This document shows, piece by piece, positions 13,442-32,321 of a stretch of DNA of 64,000 bases (its first letter is position 1; each line of letters starts with the position of its first letter). Where the stretch lies: NCBI GenBank assembly GCA_964016885.1, contig OZ024741.1, positions 93,558,001 to 93,622,000 of the forward strand. The letters run 5' to 3'. The notes under the pieces are model-generated. The model was not told where the DNA came from. It ran no database searches and saw only the letters and a list, made by a program, of their open reading frames with translations. Both the position numbers and the translations under genes were made by a program. Source of the DNA: Eledone cirrhosa. Taxonomy: Eukaryota.

Positions 13442-14104
13442 TTGAAATAGGATGAAACGAAATTTCATTTCTCACTCTTAGTACGGCACTAGTACATCGT
13501 TCCTGTGTCAGTGTTGAACAAAAAGGTGACGTGGTTGCCTTAACACCGTACGGCATGAATCAGGCTGTTCCGTTTGTTTACAAATGGACAAAGCAGGCGT
13601 TATAATAAACGTCCGCTAAACTGATACGTACATATATATATGTGTACCTGTATGTATATATATATATATATATATGCATACTACTGTACGTCTGTATACA
13701 TATATGTATGTACGTATACATACATACTTACATTTAAGTAAGTGCCGTACTAAGAGTGAGAAATGAAATTTCGTTTCATCCTATTTCAACTTATCGTTTT
13801 CGGTGCGCCTGGCCGACTGAACTCACTCGATATGCAAATTAGGCTGCTCAGCCGTTAATTTTCATAAGGAAAGTATATACTTTCGAACGTTCAACCATCT
13901 GGCAGAAGGGTATACGGTGCTGATGATAGCTAAGAAGCTTGAAACTAGTACATCGTTCCTGTGTCAGTGTTGAACAAAAAGGTGACGTGGTTGCCTTAAC
14001 ACGTACGGCATGAATCAGGCTGTCCGTTTGTTTACAAATGGACAAAGCGGGCGTTATAATAAACGTCCGGTAAACTGATACGTACATATATATATGTGTA
14101 CCTG

Positions 14105-14146
<42 letters not shown>

Positions 14147-14199
14147 TACTACTGTACGTCTGTATACATATATGTACGTACGTATACATACATACTTAC

Positions 14200-14200
<1 letters not shown>
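13437..14200 (+). mobile_element. Dispersed, diverged copy (about 1.5 units plus an inverted 54-bp end) of the hammerhead-containing repeat
   Basis: Clear homology to the unit of the 53208-56217 array. 13437-13490 is the reverse complement of 13741-13794. Confidence 0.9.
13914..13956 (+). ncRNA. Type I hammerhead ribozyme
   Basis: ACGGTG-CTGATGA-TAGCTAAGAAGCTT-GAAA-CTAG-TA-CATCGT. Confidence 0.8.
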
Positions 14201-14242
<42 letters not shown>

Positions 14243-14319
14243 TACATATATATATAAATATACATATATATATAAATATACATATATATATAAATATACA
14301 TATATATATATATATATAA

Positions 14320-14372
<53 letters not shown>

Positions 14373-14378
14373 TATATA

Positions 14379-15334
14379 CAGCAAGCAGGATACAGCCACA
14401 GGAAACAAGTACCACCAATCTCTGGGAGGGCTCTGTAGAAACAGTAGACAGCTTCTGCTACCTAGGTGACCGAATTAGAAGCGGAGGTGGGTGTTCAGAA
14501 AGTACAATAACTAGTGTAAGAACGGGATGGAAGAAGTTCACGGAACTACTGTCACTGCTAGCTGCAAAAGGCTTCTCCCTCAAAATGAAAGGCAGACTGT
14601 ATGATGTGTGTATCCGAACAGCAATGTTACATGGTAGTTAAACCTGGGCGCTGAAGGTGGAAGATTTACGTAGATTAAAGAGAAACAAAACCTGCATACT
14701 CCGATGGATGTGTAACAGTAATATGCGTGAACGACAAAGCATAAATGAATTGAGAGAGAGACTGAGCATAAGAGGAATCAAATGCTGTGTGCAGGAGAGG
14801 CGGTTGCGTTGGTATGGACATATGATGCGTATGAAGGATGACAGCTGCATAAAAAGGTGCAGAGCACTAGAAGTCGATGGAAACCACGTAGTGGGGAGAC
14901 ACATGATGACCTGGGATGAGATGATAAAAGTCGACCTTACCCAATTACACCTCTCAAAGGCGATGACACATGACCGTGACCTCAGGCGTCACGCAGTAAT
15001 ACAGAGTACCCTACCTCCCATGGGTACAAGCTGAAGCATATAGACAATATGCCCCCACACCCTCCTACTGCAAGGTGGTCGTGGAGGTGCCACGGCAAAA
15101 AAGAACCCAGCCCACACTGTAAAGTGGACGTGTAGGCGCCACGGCAAAGCACCCAGAACTCACTGTAAATGAGGTTGGTGTTAGGAAGGGCATCCAGCTG
15201 TAGAAATCAAGCCAAATCAGTTCCTGTATGAGCAAGGCATGGTCAGCCGACCAGACACTGCCCACAACAGGACAACTCATCTAACCCATGCTAGCATGGA
15301 AGAACGGACGTAAAACGGTGATGATGATAATGAT
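14379..15334 (+). mobile_element. RTE LINE 3' fragment, second subfamily, degenerate
   Basis: ORF 14657-15034 contains RRLRWYGHMMRM; distinct 3' UTR; (GAT)n tail. Confidence 0.85.
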
Positions 15335-15479
15335 ATACATATATATATACACATATATATATACATATATATGTACATACATATATATATATATATACAT
15401 ATATATATACATACATATATATATATACATATATATATACATACATATATATATACATACATATATATATATATATACT

Positions 15480-15512
<33 letters not shown>

Positions 15513-15520
15513 ATACATAC

Positions 15521-15868
15521 ATGGAGGCAGATGGCTTAGTGGTTAGAGCATTGCCCTTGCAATCGAAAGGTTGTGAGTTCAATTCTCAGACCGGGTGATG
15601 TGTTGTTTCCTTGAGCAAGACACTTTATTTCACATTGCTCCAGTTTACGCAGCTGTAGAAATGAGATGATAGGGACTGGGGTCCCTATCATTCCACTGCA
15701 AAGTGGTCGTGGAGGTGCCACCACAAAAAAGCACCCAGCACTCACTGTAAATGAGGTTGGTGTTACGAAGGGCATCCAGCTGTAGAAATCAAGCCAGAAT
15801 CAGTTCCCGTCCCACCCTTGCAAGCAGGGAGAAAGTGGACGTAAAATGAAATGAAATGAATGAAATGA
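15521..15868 (+). mobile_element. tRNA-derived SINE with CORE-like middle and RTE-derived 3' part
   Basis: A box TGGCTTAGTGG, B box GAGTTCAATTC, CCTTGAGCAAGACACTT central motif; 3' part shared with the RTE 3' UTR at about 15066-15225. Confidence 0.8.
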
Positions 15869-16508
15869 TACATATATATAGATACATATATATATGGTGG
15901 CTGCCAACTCGTTTTCGAGTACGGCTACTACTTTATATCCATGTAGGAGAACCCCTTCCGATGCGCTGAAAGAGTGTGACTTTTTAATCCAGCCAGCGAC
16001 TTGAAAACTCTGGTACAAACACTACACCTATGACAATTATTGTCACATAGTGCTGGGCCCATGGTACCATGTGACGACAAGTGCAGAGAGATCTCCAGAT
16101 ATAAAGCAATGCCTGTGCCGTGAAGCTTTTATAGTGAGCAAAGGCACTGCACAAAGCCAGTCCCACTCTCTTAACCAAGATGATATTTACCAAAAAGAAG
16201 AACAAGTCAACATCATTGGATTCCATCAGAGTTACAGGTGTTATATCAGAGTTTTCGTTCTCCTAGAATTCTGCCCTAACAAAGGCTAAGGGGTCATCTC
16301 TCACGGATATATATATACATATATATATATATACATACATATATATATATACATACATATATATATATATATACATACATATATATATATACATACATAT
16401 ATATATATACATACATATATACATATACATACATATATACATATACATACATATATACATACATATATACATACATACATACATACATACATACATACAT
16501 ACATACAT

Positions 16509-16833
16509 ACCCGACCTCCCATGGGTACATGCTGAAGCATATAAACAATATGCCCCCCCCCCCCCACCGCAAGGTGGTCGTGGAGGTGCCACGGCAAAAA
16601 AGCACCCAGCCCACACTGTAAAGTGGACGTGTAGGCGCCACGAAAAAGCACCCAGCACTCACTGTAAATGAGGTTGGTGTTAGGAAGGGCATCCAGCTGT
16701 AGAAATCAAGCCAGATCAGTTCCTGTATGAGCAAGGCATGGTCAGCCGACCAGACACTGCCCACAACAGGACAACCCGTCTAACCCATGCTAGCGTGGAA
16801 GAACGGACGTAAAACGGTGATGATGATGATGAT
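16509..16833 (+). mobile_element. Short 3' end of RTE subfamily 2
   Basis: Near-identical to 15008-15334; (GAT)n tail. Confidence 0.85.
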
Positions 16834-16865
16834 ACATACATACATACATATATACATACATACAT

Positions 16866-17208
16866 CGTTGTCAGAAAAATACAGGAGAAGGAGGACATCT
16901 ACGGACCATTGATGAGGAGCTTACAAATCCAGTATCCAAGATACACCTTTAGCTTCATACCCATCATTATTGGTGCTACGGGTTATATACCAACCCGCTT
17001 GGACCAAAGTATGACCGAACTTGGATTTGCGGACAAAAAGCGCAGCTCCCTAATTCATAGTCTACAAATGGCTGCGATAGCTGGCACCTTCAAAATATGC
17101 AAAACATTCTTGCGATTCAAGGGATGACAATTTCTTTTCTTTTACAACCTTGCCACCAGGAAGGTGGCCGGTCAAAAAAATATACTCGAAATTAAGAGAA
17201 AGAGAAAA
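16866..17208 (+). mobile_element. Short 3' fragment of an R4/Dong-type retrotransposon
   Basis: Near-identical to 23005-23347. Confidence 0.85.
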
Positions 17209-19765
<2,557 letters not shown>

Positions 19766-19806
19766 ATATATATATATACCATATATATATACATACATAT
19801 ATACAC

Positions 19807-19837
<31 letters not shown>

Positions 19838-19849
19838 TATATATATATA

Positions 19850-20183
19850 CATCATCATCATCATTTACGTCCACTTTTCCCTGCTTGCAAGGGTGGGACG
19901 GGAACTGATTCTGGCTTGATTTCTACAGCTGGATGCCCTTCCTAACACCAACCTCATTTACAGTGAGTGCTGGGTGCTTTTTTGCCGTGGCACCTCCACG
20001 ACCACTTTGCAGTGGAATGATAGGGACCCCCAGTCCCCTATCATTTCTACAGCTGAGTAAACTGGAGCAATGTGAAATAAAGTGTCTTGCTCAAGGAAAC
20101 AACACACCACTCGGTCTGAGAATGAACTCACAACCTTTTGATTGCAAGGCCAATGCTCTAACCACTAAGCCATGTGCCTCCAT
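19850..20183 (-). mobile_element. tRNA-derived SINE (same family as 15521)
   Basis: Reverse complement is near-identical to 15521-15850. Confidence 0.85.
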
Positions 20184-20281
20184 ATATATATATACACATA
20201 TATATATACATACATATATATATACGTACACATATATATATATACATACATATATATATACATACATATATATATATATAC

Positions 20282-20315
<34 letters not shown>

Positions 20316-20360
20316 ATATACATACATACATATATATACCATACATATATATATATATAC

Positions 20361-20394
<34 letters not shown>

Positions 20395-20410
20395 ATACAT
20401 ACATATATAC

Positions 20411-20515
<105 letters not shown>

Positions 20516-20685
20516 CATACATATATATATATATATATATACATATATATACATATATATATATATATACATATATATACATACATATATATATATATAC
20601 ATACATATATATATATACATACATACATACATATATACATACATACATATATATATATATACATACATATATATATATACATACA

Positions 20686-20767
<82 letters not shown>

Positions 20768-20834
20768 CATACATATATACACATATATATATATATACAT
20801 CCATATATATATATACACATACATACATACATAC

Positions 20835-21400
20835 TTTTTTTTTTTTTTTTACCTGTTTCAGCCATCCGGCTGAGGCCATGCTGGGGCACCGCCCTTGTTG
20901 CTACACATTTTATCTCCAGCCTGTATAGGTTGGCCACTGGTGTAGGAGGGAGTTTGTTGCTGCTGCCCTTAGGTTTCCCTCGTGTCTTGCTGTGGGCTCA
21001 TCCGGGATCCTGGATAACAAGGTGTCGAGATGTTTCTTAAAGACATCCACCTCCATGTCATGCAAGTCTCGCAGATGCCTCGGCAGCCTGTTGAAGAGTT
21101 GAGGGCCCTTGAATCCCAGGCTATTGCAATACCTGCTCCTTATTCTAGATGTGGAAGACGGGACCTTTGGCACCACACAGTAACATCCTGTTCGACGGTT
21201 GGTCCAGCTCCCAATGCCAAAGTTTGGTGCTAGTCCCTCCAGGATTTTCCACATGTAGATCACTGCGTATCTCTCCCGTCTTCACTCCAAGGAGTAGAGG
21301 TTCAGTTCCTTCAGCCTCTCCCAGTAGCTTGTCTCCCTCATCTTGGCAATCCTCTTGGTGTAGCTTCGCTGGATTGCCTCAAGCTCCGTGGTTAATTTGA
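20835..21400 (-). mobile_element. 3' fragment of a CR1-group LINE with poly(A) tail
   Basis: [12 protein letters not shown]...[18 protein letters not shown]...GPQLFNRLP...FKKHLD; T-run at 20835-20850. Confidence 0.85.
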
Positions 21401-21829
21401 CACTATGGTTAGTTTGACACATACATATATACACATATATATATATACATACATATATATATATACACATATATATATATACATACATATATATATACAT
21501 ATATATATGCACATATATATATATACATACATATATATACATATATATACATACATATATATATATATACATACATATATATATAGATATATACATATAT
21601 ATATACATACATACATATATATATACATACATACATATATATATACATACATACATACATATATATATACATACATACATATATATATAGATACATATAT
21701 ATATACATACATACATATATATATATACATACATACATAGATACATACATATATATATACATACATACATATATATATATACATACATACATATATATAT
21801 ACATACATACATATATATATACATACATA

Positions 21830-23347
21830 GTCCAAGTGTGCATATTTGGCAGTAAAACGTGGAAGAGCTGTGCTCTCCTCTAGAAATCTAGATATGAACG
21901 GCCTGACAATACAACCTCTGCAGTCAGGTGACAACTACAGATATCTTGGACAGGATGAGAATGTCAGATATGATGGACCCATAAATAAGGAGAGAACCAG
22001 AACTGAATACCTCAGAAGAGTAAAAAAAATATGGTCATCAGAACTGTCAGCATACAACAAATACATTGCCCACAATACCTATGCTGTGCCAATTATAACG
22101 CCAACATTTGGCCTACTGAACTGGTCATTGCAAGAACTAAGTGAGATGGATGTTAGAACTCGTAAACTTCTCAGTGTTACTGGGAACTTTAACATCAATG
22201 GTGATGTGGATAGGCTATACTTCTCACGCAAGGAAGGTGGCCGGGGTCTAAAATCAATATTAACAACATATGAGACCCGGATAGTAACACTGAAGCAACA
22301 CCTTCAACAGAGGAAAAAGGTTGGCGACCATCTTGCTCAGGTTTATGAGCATGAAAAAAGAAATATCATTAGAATAGCGACTGATCTGGAGGAGAGATAT
22401 GGAATAAAGCCTGATATAAATCTCTCACCCAGAGAAATCGGAAGATCCTATTCAATGTTCAAACAAGAACAAGAAAAAAAAATTGACCAATTTACAGAGA
22501 AAGTTGTGCATGGATAAAACACAGGCGTAAAACACAGACCATAGAGGGGATAAACCACTCAAAAAGCCTGGCATGGAGTTCCGACAAGTTTATGACATCA
22601 CACCTTGAGGGATATCTCTATGCAATACAGGAACAAGAACTCCCTACCAAATATCTGCTGCACAAAAGAGGAGGGCCAGCAGCTGACAATAAATGTAGGC
22701 TATGTAAAACAAAGATCGAGGATGTAAGCCACATTGTTGCCAGCTGCGAAAGAATGTCATCTCGCTACTACCTCCCCATGAGACACGATGGGATAGCTAG
22801 AACTATCTGGAACGCACTTCGGAAAACAAAATTAACAACAAACGAGGAAGAATATATTGAGACAGATGGCACTAAGGAATACTGGTGGAACCTGAAAATA
22901 AAAACTGCCACCAAATTAAAGCACAACCGGCCTGATATTGTAGTTTGGGACCACACATTGAAAACGTGTTCTGTTGTGGAGATCAGCTGCCCACTTGATG
23001 TAAACGTTGTCAGAAAAATACAGGAGAAGGAGGACATCTACGGACCATTGATGAGGAGCTTACAAATCCAGTATCCAAGATACACCTTTAGCTTCATACC
23101 CATCATTATTGGTGCTACGGGTTATATACCAACCCGCTTGGACCAAAGTATGACCGAACTTGGATTTGCGGACAAAAAGCGCAGCTCCCCAATTCATAGT
23201 CTACAAATGGCTGCGATAGCTGGCACCTTCAAAATATGCAAAACATTCTTGCGATTCAAGGGATGACAATTTCTTTTCTTTTACAACCTTGCCACCAGGA
23301 AGGTGGCCGGTCAAAAAAATATACTCGAAATTAAGAGAAAGAGAAAA
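21830..23347 (+). mobile_element. 5'-truncated R4/Dong-type non-LTR retrotransposon (RT thumb, CCHC, REL endonuclease)
   Basis: RLYFSRKEGGRGL, AIQEQ, CRLC...HIVASC, RHD, NRPDIVVWD...VEISCP...K. Broken ORF; flanked by (CATA)n. Confidence 0.85.
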
Positions 23348-25306
<1,959 letters not shown>

Positions 25307-28300
25307 GGGTGGAGTAGGAATCATGGTAGCAGAAAAGTGGGCAGATAAGATAATAGACGTAAATAGAGTGAACGACAGAATAATTAAAATACGACTTGTC
25401 CTCAATAGAACTACGGTGACAGTAATATCTGCGTACGCACCCCAATCTGGACTGCCCGGCACTATAAAAGACAGATTCTATGAGACACTGATGCTCACTA
25501 CCTCCCAAATAACCGACAGTGACTATATAATTATTGCAGGCGACCTAAATGGTCACGTTGGACAACATTGTGACGGCTACGACGAAATCCATGGAGGCTA
25601 TGGGTTTGGTACTAGAAATGAGGAAGGCTCCAGAATCCTGTGACGCAAATAACCTAACTATCTGTAACACTAACTTCAAAAAACGTGACAATCACCTGAT
25701 CACCTATAGATCCGGGGAACACACAAGCCAGGTAGATTATATCCTTACCAGAAGACGTGACAGAGTGTCTGTTGTAAACACTAAATCCCTCCCCCATGAA
25801 GAATGCACCTCCCAACATAGACTGATAATTAGCGACCTCATAGTCAGGACGAGACGTACTCGACAGCAGAAGAGGACTATCCTCAGGAGAAAAATATGGA
25901 AGCCAAAGGACCCCACAGCCAGAAATAAATTTCAAAGCATATTACTTGATGCTTTCGACAGTAAGGAAGAGCATTTAGAGTCGGACAATATAGAGGGACA
26001 GTGGGAATTTCTGAAAGCAAACCTGCTGATGGCGACAGACGAAGTCTGTGGCTGGAGCAGGCCAGTAGGCAGGAGGAGAGTAACATGGTGGTGGAACAGT
26101 AAGGTGGAGGGGTCAATTAAGGCCAAAAAGCAGGCTTGGAAAGTATGGCGGGATGGGGGAAGTAGAGAAGACTATCAAGTGGCCAGGAGGGAATCTAGGA
26201 GACAAGTGTACTTCGCAAGAAGGGAATCAGAGGAAAGAAAGTTCAAGCATGTTCTACAACGCGAGGACCAAAAACGTGAGGTGTTCAGGATTGCTAGGCA
26301 ATGTGTCAAGGAAAACCGTGATATTGTCGGGGAGAAGTGTGTACTTAATGATGACGGCGTACTTGCCATCACCGACGCTGATAAGAAGGTAGCTTGGAAG
26401 TGTCACTATGAAAGGCTACTAAATGAGGAGAATAAATGGGAGAAAGACAGTCTCCCCCACATCGACCCAATAGAGGGACCAGCAGTGTTAGTCGAGGGGA
26501 GTATAATAAGTAAGGCAATCAAGGATATGAAGACGGCTAAGGCGGCTGGGCCTTCGGAAATAGTCGCTGAGATGCTGAAGGCATCTGGCACGGTGGGACA
26601 CACCATGGTCACCCTCATAGTTAACCAAGTCGTACAGAATGGGGTTGTTCCGAAGGACTGGCATAGCAGCATCATCGTTAACTGTTATAAAGGTAAAGGA
26701 GATGCCCTAGATAGGAGCAACTATAGAGGCATTAAATTAATCGACCAGGTCATGAAGGTCACGGAAAAAGTAATAGCGCAACTAATCAGAGAGAGAATTG
26801 ACCTAGATGAAATGCAGTTCGGGTTTGTGTCAGGCAAAAGCACCACAGACGCTCTTTTCATTGTACGACAACTACAGGAGAAGTACCTAGCTAAAGGTAA
26901 ACCCCCCTCTACTTAGCTTTTGTCGACTTGGAGAAAGCCTTCGACAGAGTCCCCCGCTCCATTATCTGGTGGGCTCTTAGAAAACTAGGTGTTGGCGAAT
27001 GGCTTGTGAGAGCGATACAAGCCATGTATAAAGAAACAGTCAGCAAGGTTAGAATTAACAACGAACATAGTGAAGAGTTTAGCTGAATCAATTGCCGAGC
27101 TAGAGAAGAAATTCCAAACATGGAAGCACGGCCTAGAATCAAAAGGACTTAAAATTAACCTGGCTAAGACTAAAGTTCTAGTTTGTAGGAAAGAAAATAA
27201 GGCAGCGGTCCCTTCTGGGAAATGGCCATGCTCAGTGTGTAGGAAAGGCGTAGGTAGAAACTCCATTTTATGTCCCAAATGCAAAGTATGGGTGCATAAA
27301 AGATGTAGTGGGATCACAGGTAAGCTAACTAAGAACATAGATTTTACATGTGGCCGGTGATCTGGTGCAATAAGTAGCAGCAAGTGCCCACAAAATACTA
27401 GCTCTTACAACTGCGCAGAGGGCTCTATAGAAATAGTGGACAGCTTCCGTTACCTGGGTGACAAAATCAGCAGTGGGGGAGGGTGCTCAGAAAGTACAGT
27501 AGCTAGAGTCAGAACTGGATGGAAAAAGTTCAGAGAGCTTATACCACTTTTAGCTGCTAAAGGGTTCTCCCTAAAAATGAAAGGCAGGTTGTATGATGCC
27601 TGCATACGAACAGCAATGTTGCATGGCAGTGAGACCTGGGCATTGTGTGCAGAGGATATACGCAGACTAGAGAGGAACGAAGCTTGCATGCTCCGCTGGA
27701 TGTGTAACAGTAATATACGTGAACGGCAAAGCATAAACGAACTAAGGAAAAAATTAGAAATAAGAGGGATCAGATGTTTATTCAAGAGAATAACGTGATG
27801 CGCATGAAAGTCGATAGCTGTATAACAAAGTGCAGGGCAATAAAGATAGACGGTAGCCACGGAATAGGCAGACCTAGAAAAACCTGGGACGAGCTGATAA
27901 ACTCCGACCCCACACACTTACACCTCTCCAAGACAATGTCACTGGACCGAGACCTTTGGCGGTACTCAGTAACAGAGAAGACCCGCCTTACCTAAATACA
28001 TAGTAAAACCTACTACAGCCAGTAGGCATCTCTAACAAAATACACCCCGTCCCACCACCCCCACCCCATCCACACCACCCCCTTCTATGTAAAGTTATGT
28101 CGGTGCCACGCCATCCAGGCCGAAACAAATGAGATCGTGTAGGTGTCACGACAAAAAAACACACAGTCCACGCTGTAATGTGGCCGTGTAGGCAACACGG
28201 TAAAAACCTCCCAGACCCACACTGTAAATGTGGTTGGTGTTAGGAAGGGCATCCAGCTGTAGAAAACCAGCCAGACAGTCCACGCTGTAATGTGGCCGTG

Positions 28301-28611
28301 TAGGCAACACGGTAAAAACCTCCCAGCCCCACACTGTAAATGTGGTTGGTGTTAGGAAGGGCATCCAACTGTAGAAAACATGCCAGACACCCCACGCTGT
28401 AATGTGGCCGTGTAGGCAACACGGTAAAAACCTCCCAGCCCCACACTGTAAATGTGGTTGGTGTTAGCAAGGGCATCCAACTGTAGAAAACCCGCCAGAC
28501 AGTCCTATGCGAGCAAGACAACCACTCTTGCCTCAAGTGGGAAAACCCCCGTCCAAACCCATGCAAGCGTGGAACACGGACGCTAAACCTGATGATGATG
28601 ATGATGATGAT
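25307..28611 (+). mobile_element. RTE LINE, 5'-truncated, defective (frameshifts; deletion of about 134 bp removing QGS-YADD); 112-bp segment of the 3' UTR triplicated
   Basis: APE motifs [18 protein letters not shown]; near-identical to the 10461 copy. Deletion junction near 27081 has TAGC microhomology. Confidence 0.92.
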
Positions 28612-28751
28612 ATATATATGTATGTATATATATATATGTATGTATATATATATATATGTATGTATATATATATATGTATGTATATATATATATGTATGTA
28701 TATATATATGTATATATATGTATATATATATATATGTATATATATACATAA

Positions 28752-28811
<60 letters not shown>

Positions 28812-28930
28812 ATATATATATATGTATATATGTATATATGTATATATGTATATATGTATATATATATATATGTATATATGTATATATATATATATGTATA
28901 TATGTGTATATATATATATATGTATATATG

Positions 28931-28967
<37 letters not shown>

Positions 28968-29161
28968 GTATATATATATGTATATATATATGTATATATA
29001 TATGTATATATATATATGTATATATATGTATATATGTATATATATATATATATATCGTTTGCCTCGGGAAAACTCCCGTCCAAACTCATGCAAGCATGGA
29101 ACACGGACGTTAAACGATGATGATGATGATGATATACATATATATATATATACATATATAT

Positions 29162-29422
29162 GTAACTTTGAATAACTTTGAAATGTTTTGGCCAGTATTG
29201 GCCCAGGCCATGTCTAACTTAATAGCACCACCTGGCGAAGTCTTTCAATTCAGGATTTGGGCACCATGGCCCATTCGAGAAGAGAATTACTGTTTGCGGA
29301 GACATATCCGGGTGTGGGTGGTTTGTCCGGGATTACTTGGAGGAATTTGTCCAAAGACTTCTTGAATTTTGTGTGGTCAGTTTCTGTTTTGACGTGTCCT
29401 GGTGTGATGTTGAAGAGAGAAT
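29162..29422 (-). mobile_element. Short 3' fragment of a CR1-group LINE
   Basis: [26 protein letters not shown]-terminus. Confidence 0.65.
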
Positions 29423-32090
<2,668 letters not shown>

Positions 32091-32321
32091 TACACATACA
32101 TACACACACACGAGTTGTATGTATAATTATAGAACATGTAAAGTTTGGATAGCTTGACATGTTATGATAATCTATTTGCATGTGTTATAAAAAGGTGTGT
32201 AGAGCATGTGTATATGTGTAAAAAGTGTAAAGGAATGTGTATATGTGTATACTGTAAAGGAATGTGTATACTGTAAAGGAATGTGTATACCATGGTGATT
32301 GGTGATATATAAATACCTTTA

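Noticed and set aside
15521-15595. tRNA-Cys-like gene
   Set aside because: The acceptor stem does not pair, and the sequence continues into a SINE body; it is a SINE head.
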